The notes: generated by a model from the letters alone, not told the origin. Positions 18,126 through 28,196 are shown, numbered from the stretch's first letter. The stretch is 64,000 bases of DNA from Chitinophagaceae bacterium (GCA_947372105.1 CANBSH010000003.1:6042-70041), one strand, 5' to 3'. Numbers and translations are program-made.

Positions 18126-19670
18126 ATGAAAAAACTACTATGGATTTCGTTGCTTCTTGTAAGCACCATGTCTTTTGCACAAACCACAAAAGACCTTACC
18201 AAATTTGCAAATGTCATCACCGCTAAAGGATTGAAAGACAAATTATCCGTGATTGCAAGTGCCGAAATGGAAGGACGTGAAACAGCATCACCTGGACAAA
18301 AACGTGCTGCTGCATATATTGAATCTGAATTTAAAAGAATGGGACTGTTGCCTGGAAATGGCAATAGCTACCAACAAGTATATCCTGTGTATCAAGATGT
18401 ATTGACTGAAAAAAAATTAAGTGTGAATGGTCGTTCTTTTGAATGGGACAAAGACTTCAACTTTAATTTACAAACCATTGCAAATGGAAATGCCACTTTT
18501 AAAGAAGTTGTATTTGCAGGATATGGCATTGTAGATGCTGAAAAAGGAATCAACGATTATGAAAATTTAGAAGTGAAAGGAAAATTAGTTGTGATTTTGG
18601 ACGGCACTAGTAATGGACCAGTAACAATGGGACAAGGTGGCAATCGTGCATTTAATGCCAACCCTGCATCTCCAATGTCTAAATTAAGACAAGCAAGTTC
18701 TAAAGGATCTGCTGGTTTACTTATAGTTTCTGCCGATTTTCCTCGTAAAAACCCTACAGCTACAAAAGGTAATATGTACATGAAAGCCAATGTGAATGCA
18801 GGTTTTTTAATGGCAAATATATCTGCTGAAGTGGCTGGTGCTTTATTAGGTAATGCAACTCCTACATTAGCTACTTTGAAAGACGTAAAAAAAGGAAATT
18901 ACACTACTGATGCCACTATTGCTGCAACTAAAACTACTGAGAATTTAGAAAGCAGTAACGTAATTGCAGTACTTCCAGGTACTGATAAAAAAGATGAATA
19001 TTTAATGTTGACTGGACATTATGACCATTTAGGTAAAAGAGGTGATGTGATTTATTATGGTGCAGATGATGATGGATCAGGAACAGTGAGCGTGATGCAA
19101 ATGGCAGAAGCTTTTGCGACTGCTGCAAAAAAAGGTAATAAGCCAAGAAGGACGATTGTATTCATGACTGTGAGCGGTGAAGAAAAAGGATTATGGGGAT
19201 CGGACTACTATTCTGAGCACCCTATTTTCCCTTTAGATAAAACAACTGCCGATTTAAATACGGATATGGTGGGACGTGTAGATACAGAACGTACTTCAGG
19301 TGATAGCCTTAATTATGTATACGTCATTGGTCACGATAAATTAAGTACTGATTTACCTATCATCAACGAAGCGGCTAATAAAGCTTCTAGCAATATCACA
19401 TTAGATTATAAATATGACGATCCTGCAGATAAGAATATGATTTACTACCGTAGCGACCATTACAACTTTGCTAAAAAAGGAGTGCCTATTTTATTCTTCT
19501 ATGATGGTATGTTATTAGCAGATTACCACAAACCAACCGATACCATCGAAAAAATTAATTTCGAGTTGATGCAAAAAAGAGTGTTGATGGTTTATTATAC
19601 TGCTTGTGAAATTGCACAAAGAGAAGATATGTTGAAGAGAGATCTTAAATTGAATATGCCAACAAGATAA
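18126..19670 (+). CDS. M28 family zinc aminopeptidase (secreted)
   Basis: Signal peptide, PA-domain-like insert, TGHYDHLG...GADDDGSG...SGEEKGLWGS metal-ligand motifs, and YHKPTD. Confidence 0.85.
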   Translation: MKKLLWISLLLVSTMSFAQTTKDLTKFANVITAKGLKDKLSVIASAEMEGRETASPGQKRAAAYIESEFKRMGLLPGNGNSYQQVYPVYQDVLTEKKLSVNGRSFEWDKDFNFNLQTIANGNATFKEVVFAGYGIVDAEKGINDYENLEVKGKLVVILDGTSNGPVTMGQGGNRAFNANPASPMSKLRQASSKGSAGLLIVSADFPRKNPTATKGNMYMKANVNAGFLMANISAEVAGALLGNATPTLATLKDVKKGNYTTDATIAATKTTENLESSNVIAVLPGTDKKDEYLMLTGHYDHLGKRGDVIYYGADDDGSGTVSVMQMAEAFATAAKKGNKPRRTIVFMTVSGEEKGLWGSDYYSEHPIFPLDKTTADLNTDMVGRVDTERTSGDSLNYVYVIGHDKLSTDLPIINEAANKASSNITLDYKYDDPADKNMIYYRSDHYNFAKKGVPILFFYDGMLLADYHKPTDTIEKINFELMQKRVLMVYYTACEIAQREDMLKRDLKLNMPTR

Positions 19671-19708
19671 TATTGAATTGATTATTAGAACACCTTGAAA
19701 ATGTTTTA

Positions 19709-19747
19709 TAAAAAAAGTCCTCTCGTTCATTCGAGAGGACTTTTTTT
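19709..19747. terminator. Bidirectional intrinsic terminator between convergent genes
   Basis: GTCCTCTCG (19717-19725) pairs with CGAGAGGAC (19732-19740). An A-run lies upstream and a T-run downstream. Confidence 0.8.
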
Positions 19748-19809
19748 ATCCTTTGACTCTAAAGTAATAAGTCTTACATCATTTAATACCCATCATTTTG
19801 AAATGATTT

Positions 19810-20784
19810 TTATTGTCCTAAAATATAGGCGAATATCAATGGCACAACAATAGTAGCATCACTTTCAACAATAAATTTAGGCGTATGAATATCTAATTTA
19901 CCCCAAGTAATTTTTTCGTTAGGTACCGCTCCAGAATAAGATCCATAAGAAGTAGTAGAATCACTTACTTGACAGAAGTAGCTCCAAAAAGGAACATCAT
20001 GCCATTCTAAATCCTGATACATCATAGGTACTACGCAAATAGGAAAATCACCTGCGATACCGCCCCCTACCTGGAAAAATCCAACTCCCTTTCCACCACT
20101 ATTAGCACGGTACCACTCTGTTAATGTAACCATATACTCGATACCGTTTTTAACAGTGGCCGCTTTTAATTCATTTTTGATAACATAGCTTGCAAAAATA
20201 TTTCCGGTAGTGCTATCTTCCCAACCTGGAACCACAATAGGAATATTTTTTTTGGCAGCAGCAACTATCCAACTATCCTTAGGATCAATTTCATAATATT
20301 GTTCTAACTCACCACTTAAAATAACTTGGTATAAAAACTCATGTGGAAAATAGCGTTCACCTTTAGATTCAGCAGCTTTCCAAAATTTGACAATATGTTT
20401 TTGCAATCTTCTAAACGCTTCTTCTTCAGGGATACAAGTATCTGTTACGCGATTGTAATGATTTTCTAATAAATCCCACTCATCCTGAGGTGTTAAATCA
20501 CGATAATTAGGAACTCTTTTATAATGACTATGAGCCACTAAGTTCATCACGTCTTCCTCTAAGTTGGCCCCTGTACAACTAATAATAGCAATTTTATCTT
20601 GACGAATCATTTCGGCCAAACTAATACCTAATTCGGCGGTACTCATGGCGCCTGCTAAACTCACTAACATTTTACCACCTTCTAATAAATGGGTCTCATA
20701 CCCTTTAGCAGCATCCACCAAAGCGGCAGCATTAAAGTGACGATAATGATGCTCAATAAACTGGGAAACGGGTCCTTTGCTCAT
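19810..20784 (-). CDS. Deoxyhypusine synthase-like protein
   Basis: 324 aa. FNAAALVDAA...LSLAGAMSTAELG...IISCTGANLEED resembles the bacterial DHS-like family. Confidence 0.75.
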   Translation of the reverse strand: MSKGPVSQFIEHHYRHFNAAALVDAAKGYETHLLEGGKMLVSLAGAMSTAELGISLAEMIRQDKIAIISCTGANLEEDVMNLVAHSHYKRVPNYRDLTPQDEWDLLENHYNRVTDTCIPEEEAFRRLQKHIVKFWKAAESKGERYFPHEFLYQVILSGELEQYYEIDPKDSWIVAAAKKNIPIVVPGWEDSTTGNIFASYVIKNELKAATVKNGIEYMVTLTEWYRANSGGKGVGFFQVGGGIAGDFPICVVPMMYQDLEWHDVPFWSYFCQVSDSTTSYGSYSGAVPNEKITWGKLDIHTPKFIVESDATIVVPLIFAYILGQ

Positions 20785-20800
20785 GTTTTAAAATTTGAAG

Positions 20801-20808
20801 CAAAAGTA
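20801..20808 (-). promoter_or_regulatory. Candidate -7 promoter box (TACTTTTG on minus strand)
   Basis: TAnnTTTG lies 17 nt upstream of the start at 20784. Confidence 0.3.
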
Positions 20809-20880
20809 AATTTTTTTAGTGACTTTGCCTTAATTGTAGAAAATAGAAAAAATGCTACCTTGTAGTATCAATTCAAGACC

Positions 20881-21540
20881 ATGAACAACAAAAAGCTTCA
20901 CCTAGCTATAGCCCTAATCTGCTTAGCTATTCCTTTTGCCTACGCTGCCTATTTATACCCCAATTTGCCCGACACCATCCCCACTCATTTTAACTTAAAA
21001 GGGGAAGCAGATGGATTTGGAGGCAGAGACAGTATTTACTTAGGTCCTATTATCATGGCTTTTGCTGGTTTATTCACTTATTTTTTACTGACGAATATTA
21101 AAAAAATAGACCCCAAAAGAAGTGCTCAAGTGGAAGATCGTTTGTTTCAAAATATGGCTTTAGTAACAGTCATTTTTCTATCAGCGTTATCTCTAGTCAT
21201 TTTATACATGACCATACATCCGGGGGTGGGCATCGATAAATTATTATTCCCTGTAATGGGTTTGGCATTTTCGGTGATGGGTTATTTTATGCCTCAATTA
21301 AAACAAAATTATTTTGCAGGATTCAAGCTTCCTTGGACTTTAGAAAATGAAGCCAATTGGATTGCAACTCATAAAGTGGCAGGTAAAGTATGGTTATATG
21401 GCGGGATGGTTCAAATTTTAGCAGGACTCCTATTAGATTCCATGCCTTCATTTATTCTATTTTTTGCAAGTATGATAGTGATGGTGTTAATTCCTACGAT
21501 ATTCTCTTACCGAATGTTTAAAAACGGAAACCAAGTATAG
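20881..21540 (+). CDS. DUF1648/SdpI-family membrane protein
   Basis: N-terminal YPNLPDTIPTHFNLKGEADGFG (DUF1648 pattern), followed by multiple TM helices as in SdpI/YhfL. Confidence 0.7.
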   Translation: MNNKKLHLAIALICLAIPFAYAAYLYPNLPDTIPTHFNLKGEADGFGGRDSIYLGPIIMAFAGLFTYFLLTNIKKIDPKRSAQVEDRLFQNMALVTVIFLSALSLVILYMTIHPGVGIDKLLFPVMGLAFSVMGYFMPQLKQNYFAGFKLPWTLENEANWIATHKVAGKVWLYGGMVQILAGLLLDSMPSFILFFASMIVMVLIPTIFSYRMFKNGNQV

Positions 21541-21584
21541 TAGTTCCCTAAATATTCCTCATCTTTGTACCTCAATCTTTCATT

Positions 21585-22724
21585 ATGAAATTAGGTACAA
21601 AATATATACACGCTGGAGCGCATCCTGATCCAAGTACTGGTGCCATCATGACTCCAATTTTTCAAACTTCTACCTATGTGCAAAGCGCCCCTGGCGTGCA
21701 TAAAGGATATGAATATGCGCGCAGTCAAAATCCCACTCGATTTGCATTGGAAGAAGCTTTTGCTGTGATAGAAAATGGAAAATTTGGATTGGCATTTGCA
21801 AGTGGTGTTGCAGCTACCGATGCCGTTATGCGATTGTTAGTACCAGGAGATGAAGTCATTGCAGCACATGATATGTATGGAGGATCTTTTCGTTTGTTTT
21901 CCAAGGTGCATGAAAAAATGGGTATCAAATTTGTCTATGTAGATACTTCTGATGCCAATAATGTAGCAAAAGCGATGACCCCTGCTACCAAATTGATTTG
22001 GTTAGAAACACCTACCAATCCATTAATGAATATCACAGATATTGAAGCAGTTGCTGCAATAGGTAACAAACATCATTGCATCGTTTGTGTAGATAATACA
22101 TTTGCTTCTCCTTATTTACAAAACCCCTTAGATTTTGGAGCGACAATAGTTATGCATTCAGCTACTAAATATTTAGGTGGGCATAGTGATGTGATACAAG
22201 GATGTTTAGTGATGAATGATGAAAAATTAAGAGACCAACTTTATTTTATACAAAAAAGTACCGGGGCTGTTCCAGGGCCACAGGATTGCTTTTTAGTGCT
22301 TCGAGGAATTAAGACATTACACGTGCGCATGCAGAGACATTGCGAAAACGGAGAAAAAATTGCACATTACTTAAGACAACATCCAAAAGTAGGTAGAGTG
22401 TATTGGTGTGGTTTTGAAGATCACCACAATCATGATATTGCTAAAAAACAAATGAGAGGATTTGGAGGCATGATGAGCTTTACGTTAAAAGATGACACCG
22501 TAGCAGCTGCTACAAAAGTATTATCTAGCACCAAAGTATTTTCATTGGCAGAAAGTTTAGGAGGTGTAGAATCATTGATCAATCATCCAGCAAGCATGAC
22601 TCATGCATCTATTCCAAGAGAACAAAGAATTGCCAACGGATTATCTGATGGATTAATACGATTAAGTGTAGGCATTGAAGATGCCGATGATCTCATCGCA
22701 GATTTAGCGCAAGCCATTGGATAA
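21585..22724 (+). CDS. PLP-dependent trans-sulfuration enzyme (cystathionine gamma-synthase/beta-lyase/gamma-lyase family)
   Basis: YARSQNPTR, DNTFASPYLQNP, and HSATKYLGGHSD (PLP lysine). Confidence 0.88.
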   Translation: MKLGTKYIHAGAHPDPSTGAIMTPIFQTSTYVQSAPGVHKGYEYARSQNPTRFALEEAFAVIENGKFGLAFASGVAATDAVMRLLVPGDEVIAAHDMYGGSFRLFSKVHEKMGIKFVYVDTSDANNVAKAMTPATKLIWLETPTNPLMNITDIEAVAAIGNKHHCIVCVDNTFASPYLQNPLDFGATIVMHSATKYLGGHSDVIQGCLVMNDEKLRDQLYFIQKSTGAVPGPQDCFLVLRGIKTLHVRMQRHCENGEKIAHYLRQHPKVGRVYWCGFEDHHNHDIAKKQMRGFGGMMSFTLKDDTVAAATKVLSSTKVFSLAESLGGVESLINHPASMTHASIPREQRIANGLSDGLIRLSVGIEDADDLIADLAQAIG

Positions 22725-23503
22725 TGAAGCAATCACTTTCGGTCTTATTAAACAAAAAAGTAAAAGAGTACAATCAACTTAGCTTTATTGCCAAGGATCC
22801 TATTGTCATACCGCATGCTTTTAAAAAGCAAGCTGACATTGAGATAGCAGGCTTATTCGCTGCCGTATTTGCATGGGGAAATCGAACCACCATTATCAAT
22901 AAGTCCAGGGAATTACTTCAAAGAATGGACAATGCTCCCTTTGAATTTTGTACTCAACATCGTGATGAAGATTTAATTAAATTACTAGGATTTGTACACC
23001 GCACTTTTAATGATACCGATTTATTATACTTTATTGCTTTTTTAAAAAATCATTTTTCTCGTCACACCAGTTTAGAGTCTGCTTTTTTTGAAAATCATTT
23101 GTCAAATGAAAAAATAAAATCGGTAGAAGCTGCACTTAATCATTTTCATAAATATTTTTTTTCACTAGATCTATTTCCTACAAGAACTAAAAAACATATT
23201 GCACACCCCTCTTCAGGATCCACCTGTAAACGACTCAATATGTTTTTGCGATGGATGGTGCGCAAGGATGATACAGGAGTTGATTTTGGTATTTGGAAAG
23301 CAATTCCACCTTCTGCCTTGATTTGTCCCGTAGATGTACATGTGGCAAGAGTAGCAAGATCATTGGGGATGATAGAACGAAAACAAACTGATTGGCAAAC
23401 AGCAGTAGAATTAACCAATTATTGCCGAACTTTAGATCCTAAAGACCCTGTAAAATATGATTTTGCTTTATTTAGCATGGGCGTAAATGAAAAATTTCAG
23501 TAA
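22724..23503 (+). CDS. TIGR02757/DUF2400 family protein
   Basis: FAWGNRTTII and CPVDVHVARVARSLGM motifs. The start overlaps the preceding stop (TAATG). Confidence 0.7.
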   Translation: MKQSLSVLLNKKVKEYNQLSFIAKDPIVIPHAFKKQADIEIAGLFAAVFAWGNRTTIINKSRELLQRMDNAPFEFCTQHRDEDLIKLLGFVHRTFNDTDLLYFIAFLKNHFSRHTSLESAFFENHLSNEKIKSVEAALNHFHKYFFSLDLFPTRTKKHIAHPSSGSTCKRLNMFLRWMVRKDDTGVDFGIWKAIPPSALICPVDVHVARVARSLGMIERKQTDWQTAVELTNYCRTLDPKDPVKYDFALFSMGVNEKFQ

Positions 23504-23778
23504 TGGAAATGAATCTACAAACTTTAGAAAATTTGTCTAAAGAAAAATTGATTGAATACATCAATGAATATATCAAAACTGATTTTTCAAAAATCGTACA
23601 ATTATTATATCGCATTGATGTTTCAGAAGCAACCATCAAAAAAACACTACAAGCCCACCCCGATTTAGATGCGGCCATTCTTTTAGCTGACTTAATCATA
23701 GAAAGGTTGGCTGCTACCAAAAAAGCAAGAGAACAATTTAGTCAAGGAAATATTTCAGATGAAGAAGAAAGATGGTAA
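23503..23778 (+). CDS. Hypothetical small protein (91 aa)
   Basis: The ORF start overlaps the upstream stop (TAATG). An AATAATGA/TCATTATT hairpin follows it. No motif recognised. Confidence 0.5.
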   Translation: MEMNLQTLENLSKEKLIEYINEYIKTDFSKIVQLLYRIDVSEATIKKTLQAHPDLDAAILLADLIIERLAATKKAREQFSQGNISDEEERW

Positions 23779-23938
23779 TTTAAGAACCTTAAAATAATGA
23801 TGGATATCCAATGTTCATTATTGTATTCTTATTTATTTAATTACTCAATTACTTATTATTTTTATCCTTATTTATGTAATCTTTTTTAATAAGCTAAAAT
23901 TGATTTAATCAAACAAGATAATTTTTGAAACATATATG

Positions 23939-24640
23939 TTAATCTAAATCTCCTAGTTGTGGACGTAAAATAATATCTTCCACGACCGCTTGTGGACTTA
24001 GTTGAGAAGCAGCATAAATCATTTGAGCAACATCATTGGCTTCCATGATTCTTTCTGGCGCCACCCCACTACCCGACCAACTATTGGTATAAGTTGCTCC
24101 AGGATAAACTCCTGTCACTTTAATTCCTTTGTCTTTTAATTCTGTGCGAAGGTTTTGCGAAAAACCATGTAATGCATATTTACTAATTCCATAAGATCCT
24201 CCATTAGGATAGGCTTTTAAAGATGCAATAGAACAAATATTAAAAATATGTCCCTTCCCTTTTTGAATCATTGCAGGAAGAAAACCTCTTGTGGTATGAT
24301 AAGCAGAAAACAAATTTGCATTCATAAGTTTTTCCAACAATCCGTCTTCTTCAGTTTCCAAACTGCCCGGTAAAAAAAATCCTGCATTGTTAATTAAAAT
24401 ATCCGGAGTTCCAAAACCAAGTACCCATTTTGAAAAAGCAATACAATTTTCTTTGACAGATAAATCTGTAGACATATGTTGAATAGTAACATTGTCATAC
24501 AAAGCACTTAATTGTGCTGCTGCTTTTTGTACGGAACCTTCCGTTTTACTGACTAAAAATAAATCATGCCCGGCTTTCGCAAATGTTTCAGCAATGGCAT
24601 AGCCAATTCCTTGTGAAGCCCCTGTAATAACTACTTTCAT
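23939..24640 (-). CDS. SDR family oxidoreductase
   Basis: VVITGASQGIGYAIA (TGxxxGxG), NNAG, and YGISKYAL (YxxxK). Confidence 0.88.
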   Translation of the reverse strand: MKVVITGASQGIGYAIAETFAKAGHDLFLVSKTEGSVQKAAAQLSALYDNVTIQHMSTDLSVKENCIAFSKWVLGFGTPDILINNAGFFLPGSLETEEDGLLEKLMNANLFSAYHTTRGFLPAMIQKGKGHIFNICSIASLKAYPNGGSYGISKYALHGFSQNLRTELKDKGIKVTGVYPGATYTNSWSGSGVAPERIMEANDVAQMIYAASQLSPQAVVEDIILRPQLGDLD

Positions 24641-24724
24641 ACCCTATTATATTTTAATGAATTATCATCATTTCATTAAAGATAAGAAGCAAAATTGTAT
24701 TTTCGCCATTCTTAACTACCCTCT

Positions 24725-25420
24725 ATGGCTTATAAGGATTTGTTTTTTGATTTGGACCACACACTTTGGGATTTTGAATTAAATTCTAAGGAGACCATGC
24801 AGGAATTATACGACACCCATCAATTAGCATCTATAGGAATTACCGACTTTGACGCTTTCTTTACTATTTATATCGCCCACAACCATCGCCTATGGGATAG
24901 ATACTCCAAAGGGTTTATCAAACAAGATGAATTAAGATGGAAAAGGATTTATTTAAGCTTATTAGATTTTAAAATTGGCAATGAAAAATTAGCGCGCGAT
25001 ATGTCGGTTGATTTTTTAGAAATATTGCCTACTAAGAAAAAACTTTTCCCTTACACAATTGAAATTTTGACTTATTTAAAAAATAAGAATTACAAAATGC
25101 ATTTAATCACCAATGGATTTGAGTCAGTTCAATTTAAAAAAATCAACAACGCAAATATTGCGCACTTTTTTAATGAAGTGGTTACCTCCGAAGCGAGTAA
25201 TAGTTTGAAGCCACAAAAAGAAATTTTTGAATACGCCTTAAAAAATGCGAATGCGCAATTAGATCAAAGCATTATGATAGGAGATAATGAATCAGCCGAT
25301 ATTCAAGGAGGCATTAATGCTGGCATGGATACTATTTTTGTAAATCATTTACAAACTGTTCCTACCGTACCTGCTACGTATACCATTACACACTTGAAAG
25401 AATTAGAAAGTATCTTATAG
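24725..25420 (+). CDS. HAD-superfamily hydrolase (YjjG-like nucleotidase subfamily)
   Basis: FFDLDHTLWDF (DxDxT), LITNG, and GDNESADIQGGINAGM. Confidence 0.8.
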   Translation: MAYKDLFFDLDHTLWDFELNSKETMQELYDTHQLASIGITDFDAFFTIYIAHNHRLWDRYSKGFIKQDELRWKRIYLSLLDFKIGNEKLARDMSVDFLEILPTKKKLFPYTIEILTYLKNKNYKMHLITNGFESVQFKKINNANIAHFFNEVVTSEASNSLKPQKEIFEYALKNANAQLDQSIMIGDNESADIQGGINAGMDTIFVNHLQTVPTVPATYTITHLKELESIL

Positions 25421-25461
25421 GTCACTAAAAAGATAGGTAGTTAGATAGTTATTCAAGCATC

Positions 25462-26118
25462 TTACCAACTTGCCAAAACAGTAACTCCACCTTGTACCTT
25501 ATCCCCTATTTTAGCGTGTATTTTAGCACCTAAGGGCAATAATAAATCTACACGACTTCCAAATTTAATGAAACCATATTCGGCTGTTTGATCAAAGTGT
25601 TGACCTACTGATGTATAATTACAAATACGTTTTGCTAACGCACCTGCAATTTGTTTGCATAAAATATTCCCTTTACTATTTTCAACCACCACAGACCATC
25701 TTTCATTTTCGGTAGATGATTTAGGATGCCATGCTACCAAATATTTACCTGCATGATATTGATTGTACACAATATTACCTGCAATGGGTAAACGATTTAC
25801 ATGCACATTCGCAGGGCTCATAAATACGCTTAATTGAATACGTTTTTCGGTATAATATTCATCAGGTTGTACTTCTTCAATCACGACAACTTTGCCATCC
25901 GCTGGCGCTACTATAGCAGTATCATTAATGGTAAGTACTCTATTAGGTATTCTAAAAAAAGAAACAATAAATAGGAAAAAAGCAAATGTAACTCCTAATA
26001 CAACCCAAGCACCGAAGGCGCTTACTGGATATAAATAAGAAAAATTAGCTAAGTTAATAAGACCCACTATTACAGCAATTAATGATATAGTAGCCGTTCC
26101 TTCTTTATGAATTGTCAT
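25462..26118 (-). CDS. psd: Phosphatidylserine decarboxylase proenzyme (short Bacteroidota type)
   Basis: N-terminal TM helices and FGSRVDLLLP (G-S self-cleavage site). Adjacent to cdsA. Confidence 0.85.
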   Translation of the reverse strand: MTIHKEGTATISLIAVIVGLINLANFSYLYPVSAFGAWVVLGVTFAFFLFIVSFFRIPNRVLTINDTAIVAPADGKVVVIEEVQPDEYYTEKRIQLSVFMSPANVHVNRLPIAGNIVYNQYHAGKYLVAWHPKSSTENERWSVVVENSKGNILCKQIAGALAKRICNYTSVGQHFDQTAEYGFIKFGSRVDLLLPLGAKIHAKIGDKVQGGVTVLASW

Positions 26119-26148
26119 AGGATGATTTTAAAACGCAAATGTAAAGTA

Positions 26149-27009
26149 TTAATGCAAAAGTTGAATCAGTAACCACACAAAAGGAGTAGCCAATAATATG
26201 GAGTCAAAACGATCCAAAAAGCCACCATGACCTGGCATCATTTTACCAGAATCCTTTACCCCAGCCAATCTCTTTAATTTACTTTCAACTAAATCGCCTA
26301 AAGTTCCCGTTACAGCCGCAACCAAACTCACTAAAAAAATCACTTTTTGATTGATAGGAATATAAGCTCCAAATGTTTTTGTGATAAGAAATACACTTAT
26401 TACCACACCCGCTATTGTCCCTTCCCAAGTTTTATTAGGAGACATGGGAGAAAGTGGTGTTCGCCCAATAATAGACCCTACAATATAAGCAGCTGAATCA
26501 TTCACCCAAATGGATACAATTAATAATAAAGGGAAAGCAAAACCTAAATCACCAAAAATGGATTCCGCCATGATACTTCTTAATTGAAAGAATAAAGAAA
26601 GTCCCATGGAGATATAAATTAATCCAACAGCCGAAGTAGTCACTGCTTTAAAATTAAACTTGCGAGTGACTAATTCAATGATCAGAACTAATGCAATCAC
26701 TCCTAACAAAGCAAATCTTCCATAATAAGCAATACTATAACCACCTATTTTCAAAGTCGCTGGAGACAGTCCTATCATAAATAAAGTTCCAATGAATAAA
26801 GTACCCCATTTATGCACTTTTGAAATATTGGCATAAGCAGGTTCAATACTTGTCATTAATTTTTGGAATTCATATAAACAACCTATTTGAATCACAGTAA
26901 ATAAAATGAAAAAAGACCATTGATTATACATAATTCCTCCCAACATGATGATCGCAAAAACGATTGCAGAAAGGGCGCGTACTCTAAAAGTAGAAAAGTT
27001 AAATGCCAT
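26149..27009 (-). CDS. cdsA: Phosphatidate cytidylyltransferase
   Basis: Polytopic membrane protein. C-terminal signature SKLKRLAGVKDSGKMMPGHGGFLDRFDS. Confidence 0.9.
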   Translation of the reverse strand: MAFNFSTFRVRALSAIVFAIIMLGGIMYNQWSFFILFTVIQIGCLYEFQKLMTSIEPAYANISKVHKWGTLFIGTLFMIGLSPATLKIGGYSIAYYGRFALLGVIALVLIIELVTRKFNFKAVTTSAVGLIYISMGLSLFFQLRSIMAESIFGDLGFAFPLLLIVSIWVNDSAAYIVGSIIGRTPLSPMSPNKTWEGTIAGVVISVFLITKTFGAYIPINQKVIFLVSLVAAVTGTLGDLVESKLKRLAGVKDSGKMMPGHGGFLDRFDSILLATPFVWLLIQLLH

Positions 27010-27039
27010 GTAAGTTTATTTAGATAATTGGATTAAAAT

Positions 27040-27249
27040 TTAAGTGAATTGCATTTGTTCGATCAACTTTATAGCATCGTCCGATAAAATCGCAGGCACA
27101 TACACATCTGCTTCTCCCATAAAAACATAAGAAGAATCCTTTCGGTTCATGACTTTCGCCTCAATATGATTTTCAATCAACCAACTCGCCACCATACTAG
27201 CGGTCGCTAATTGACTATTGCTATATACTTTTTTCCAATCCTGCATCAC
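27040..27249 (-). CDS. DUF2007 domain protein
   Basis: 69 aa, with a beta-alpha-beta-like pattern (ASMVASWLIENHIEAKVMNRKDS...). Overlaps the upstream CPBP gene by 29 nt. Confidence 0.55.
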   Translation of the reverse strand: MMQDWKKVYSNSQLATASMVASWLIENHIEAKVMNRKDSSYVFMGEADVYVPAILSDDAIKLIEQMQFT

Positions 27250-28135
27250 TTGTGTTTTTGATTTTTTGTATGAAATAAAAGATAGCAGCCAAAGCTACAA
27301 CAGCCCAGTAGTAACTCAAATTACCTTCTACCACTTTTTCCATTTTTTGAGGATCTTGACGAACAAAATAAAGTGCAGATACTCCAATGCCATTATTGAT
27401 AAAATGCATCAGCATAGGTGCCCCAATATTTTTGGTATAATAATAAACAAGCCCTAATACAATTCCTAATGACATTCTTGATAAAAAACCAAAATAAGAA
27501 AAATGAAAAGCGCTAAAAATAATAGCCGTAATCACTATGGACAAAATAGGCTTGCCAGACCATTCTATAATTGTTTTTTGCAAAGTCGCTCTAAAAAATA
27601 ATTCTTCCACTATGGCCGGCACCACCGCTACTGCTAATAATGCAATACTTAAATCCCAAATGGAATGCATTTGCGTCATCGCATACAATGCTTTTTTATA
27701 TTGATCTTCTAACTGAGTGGCCCAATTTTTTAAAGATACAGGAACAGGAATTTTTTCGGTTAAATCACCCAAAGCACCACTCAATAATAATCCTGTCATG
27801 GCTAATAAAATCACCCATCCTAATTGTTCATTGGAGGAGAATTTCTTAACCCCCAAATTATCCCAAAGCTTTCCTTTACTTAATAAAGCCAAGGCAATAC
27901 TGGGTAAACCAAAAGCAATGATAGATGCCAACGCATTGGCTAATTGCATCAAACTAGCATATTGTGGTTGTAATAAATAAGATTGAATGTCATGCAAACC
28001 CATATGTAACCAGGCAGCGACTAATGAAAAGGCTAAAAATCCGCCTAGAATTAAACCAATGCCGGTAAATGCAATGAGTAGGGCCATTTTGGACCCTGGG
28101 CGCATATCAAAAAGGTGTGATGAAGAGTGAGACAT
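27221..28135 (-). CDS. CPBP (CAAX) family intramembrane metalloprotease
   Basis: The family motifs VEELFFRATLQ, FSAFHF and HFINN lie within a polytopic membrane protein. Confidence 0.85.
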   Translation of the reverse strand: MSHSSSHLFDMRPGSKMALLIAFTGIGLILGGFLAFSLVAAWLHMGLHDIQSYLLQPQYASLMQLANALASIIAFGLPSIALALLSKGKLWDNLGVKKFSSNEQLGWVILLAMTGLLLSGALGDLTEKIPVPVSLKNWATQLEDQYKKALYAMTQMHSIWDLSIALLAVAVVPAIVEELFFRATLQKTIIEWSGKPILSIVITAIIFSAFHFSYFGFLSRMSLGIVLGLVYYYTKNIGAPMLMHFINNGIGVSALYFVRQDPQKMEKVVEGNLSYYWAVVALAAIFYFIQKIKNTSDAGLEKSI

Positions 28136-28196
28136 GTCAATGATTTATTGGTACATTTGCAACCGCATCTGATAAGGTGCAAGATAATGAATTCAT

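Noticed and set aside
23779-23938. 160-nt very AT-rich spacer with a 32-codon Tyr-rich ORF (MMDIQCSLLYSYLFNYS...)
   Set aside because: The composition-driven ORF is unconvincing. The region is more simply a terminator (AATAATGA/TCATTATT hairpin) for the upstream plus-strand gene. The adjacent SDR gene ends there too.
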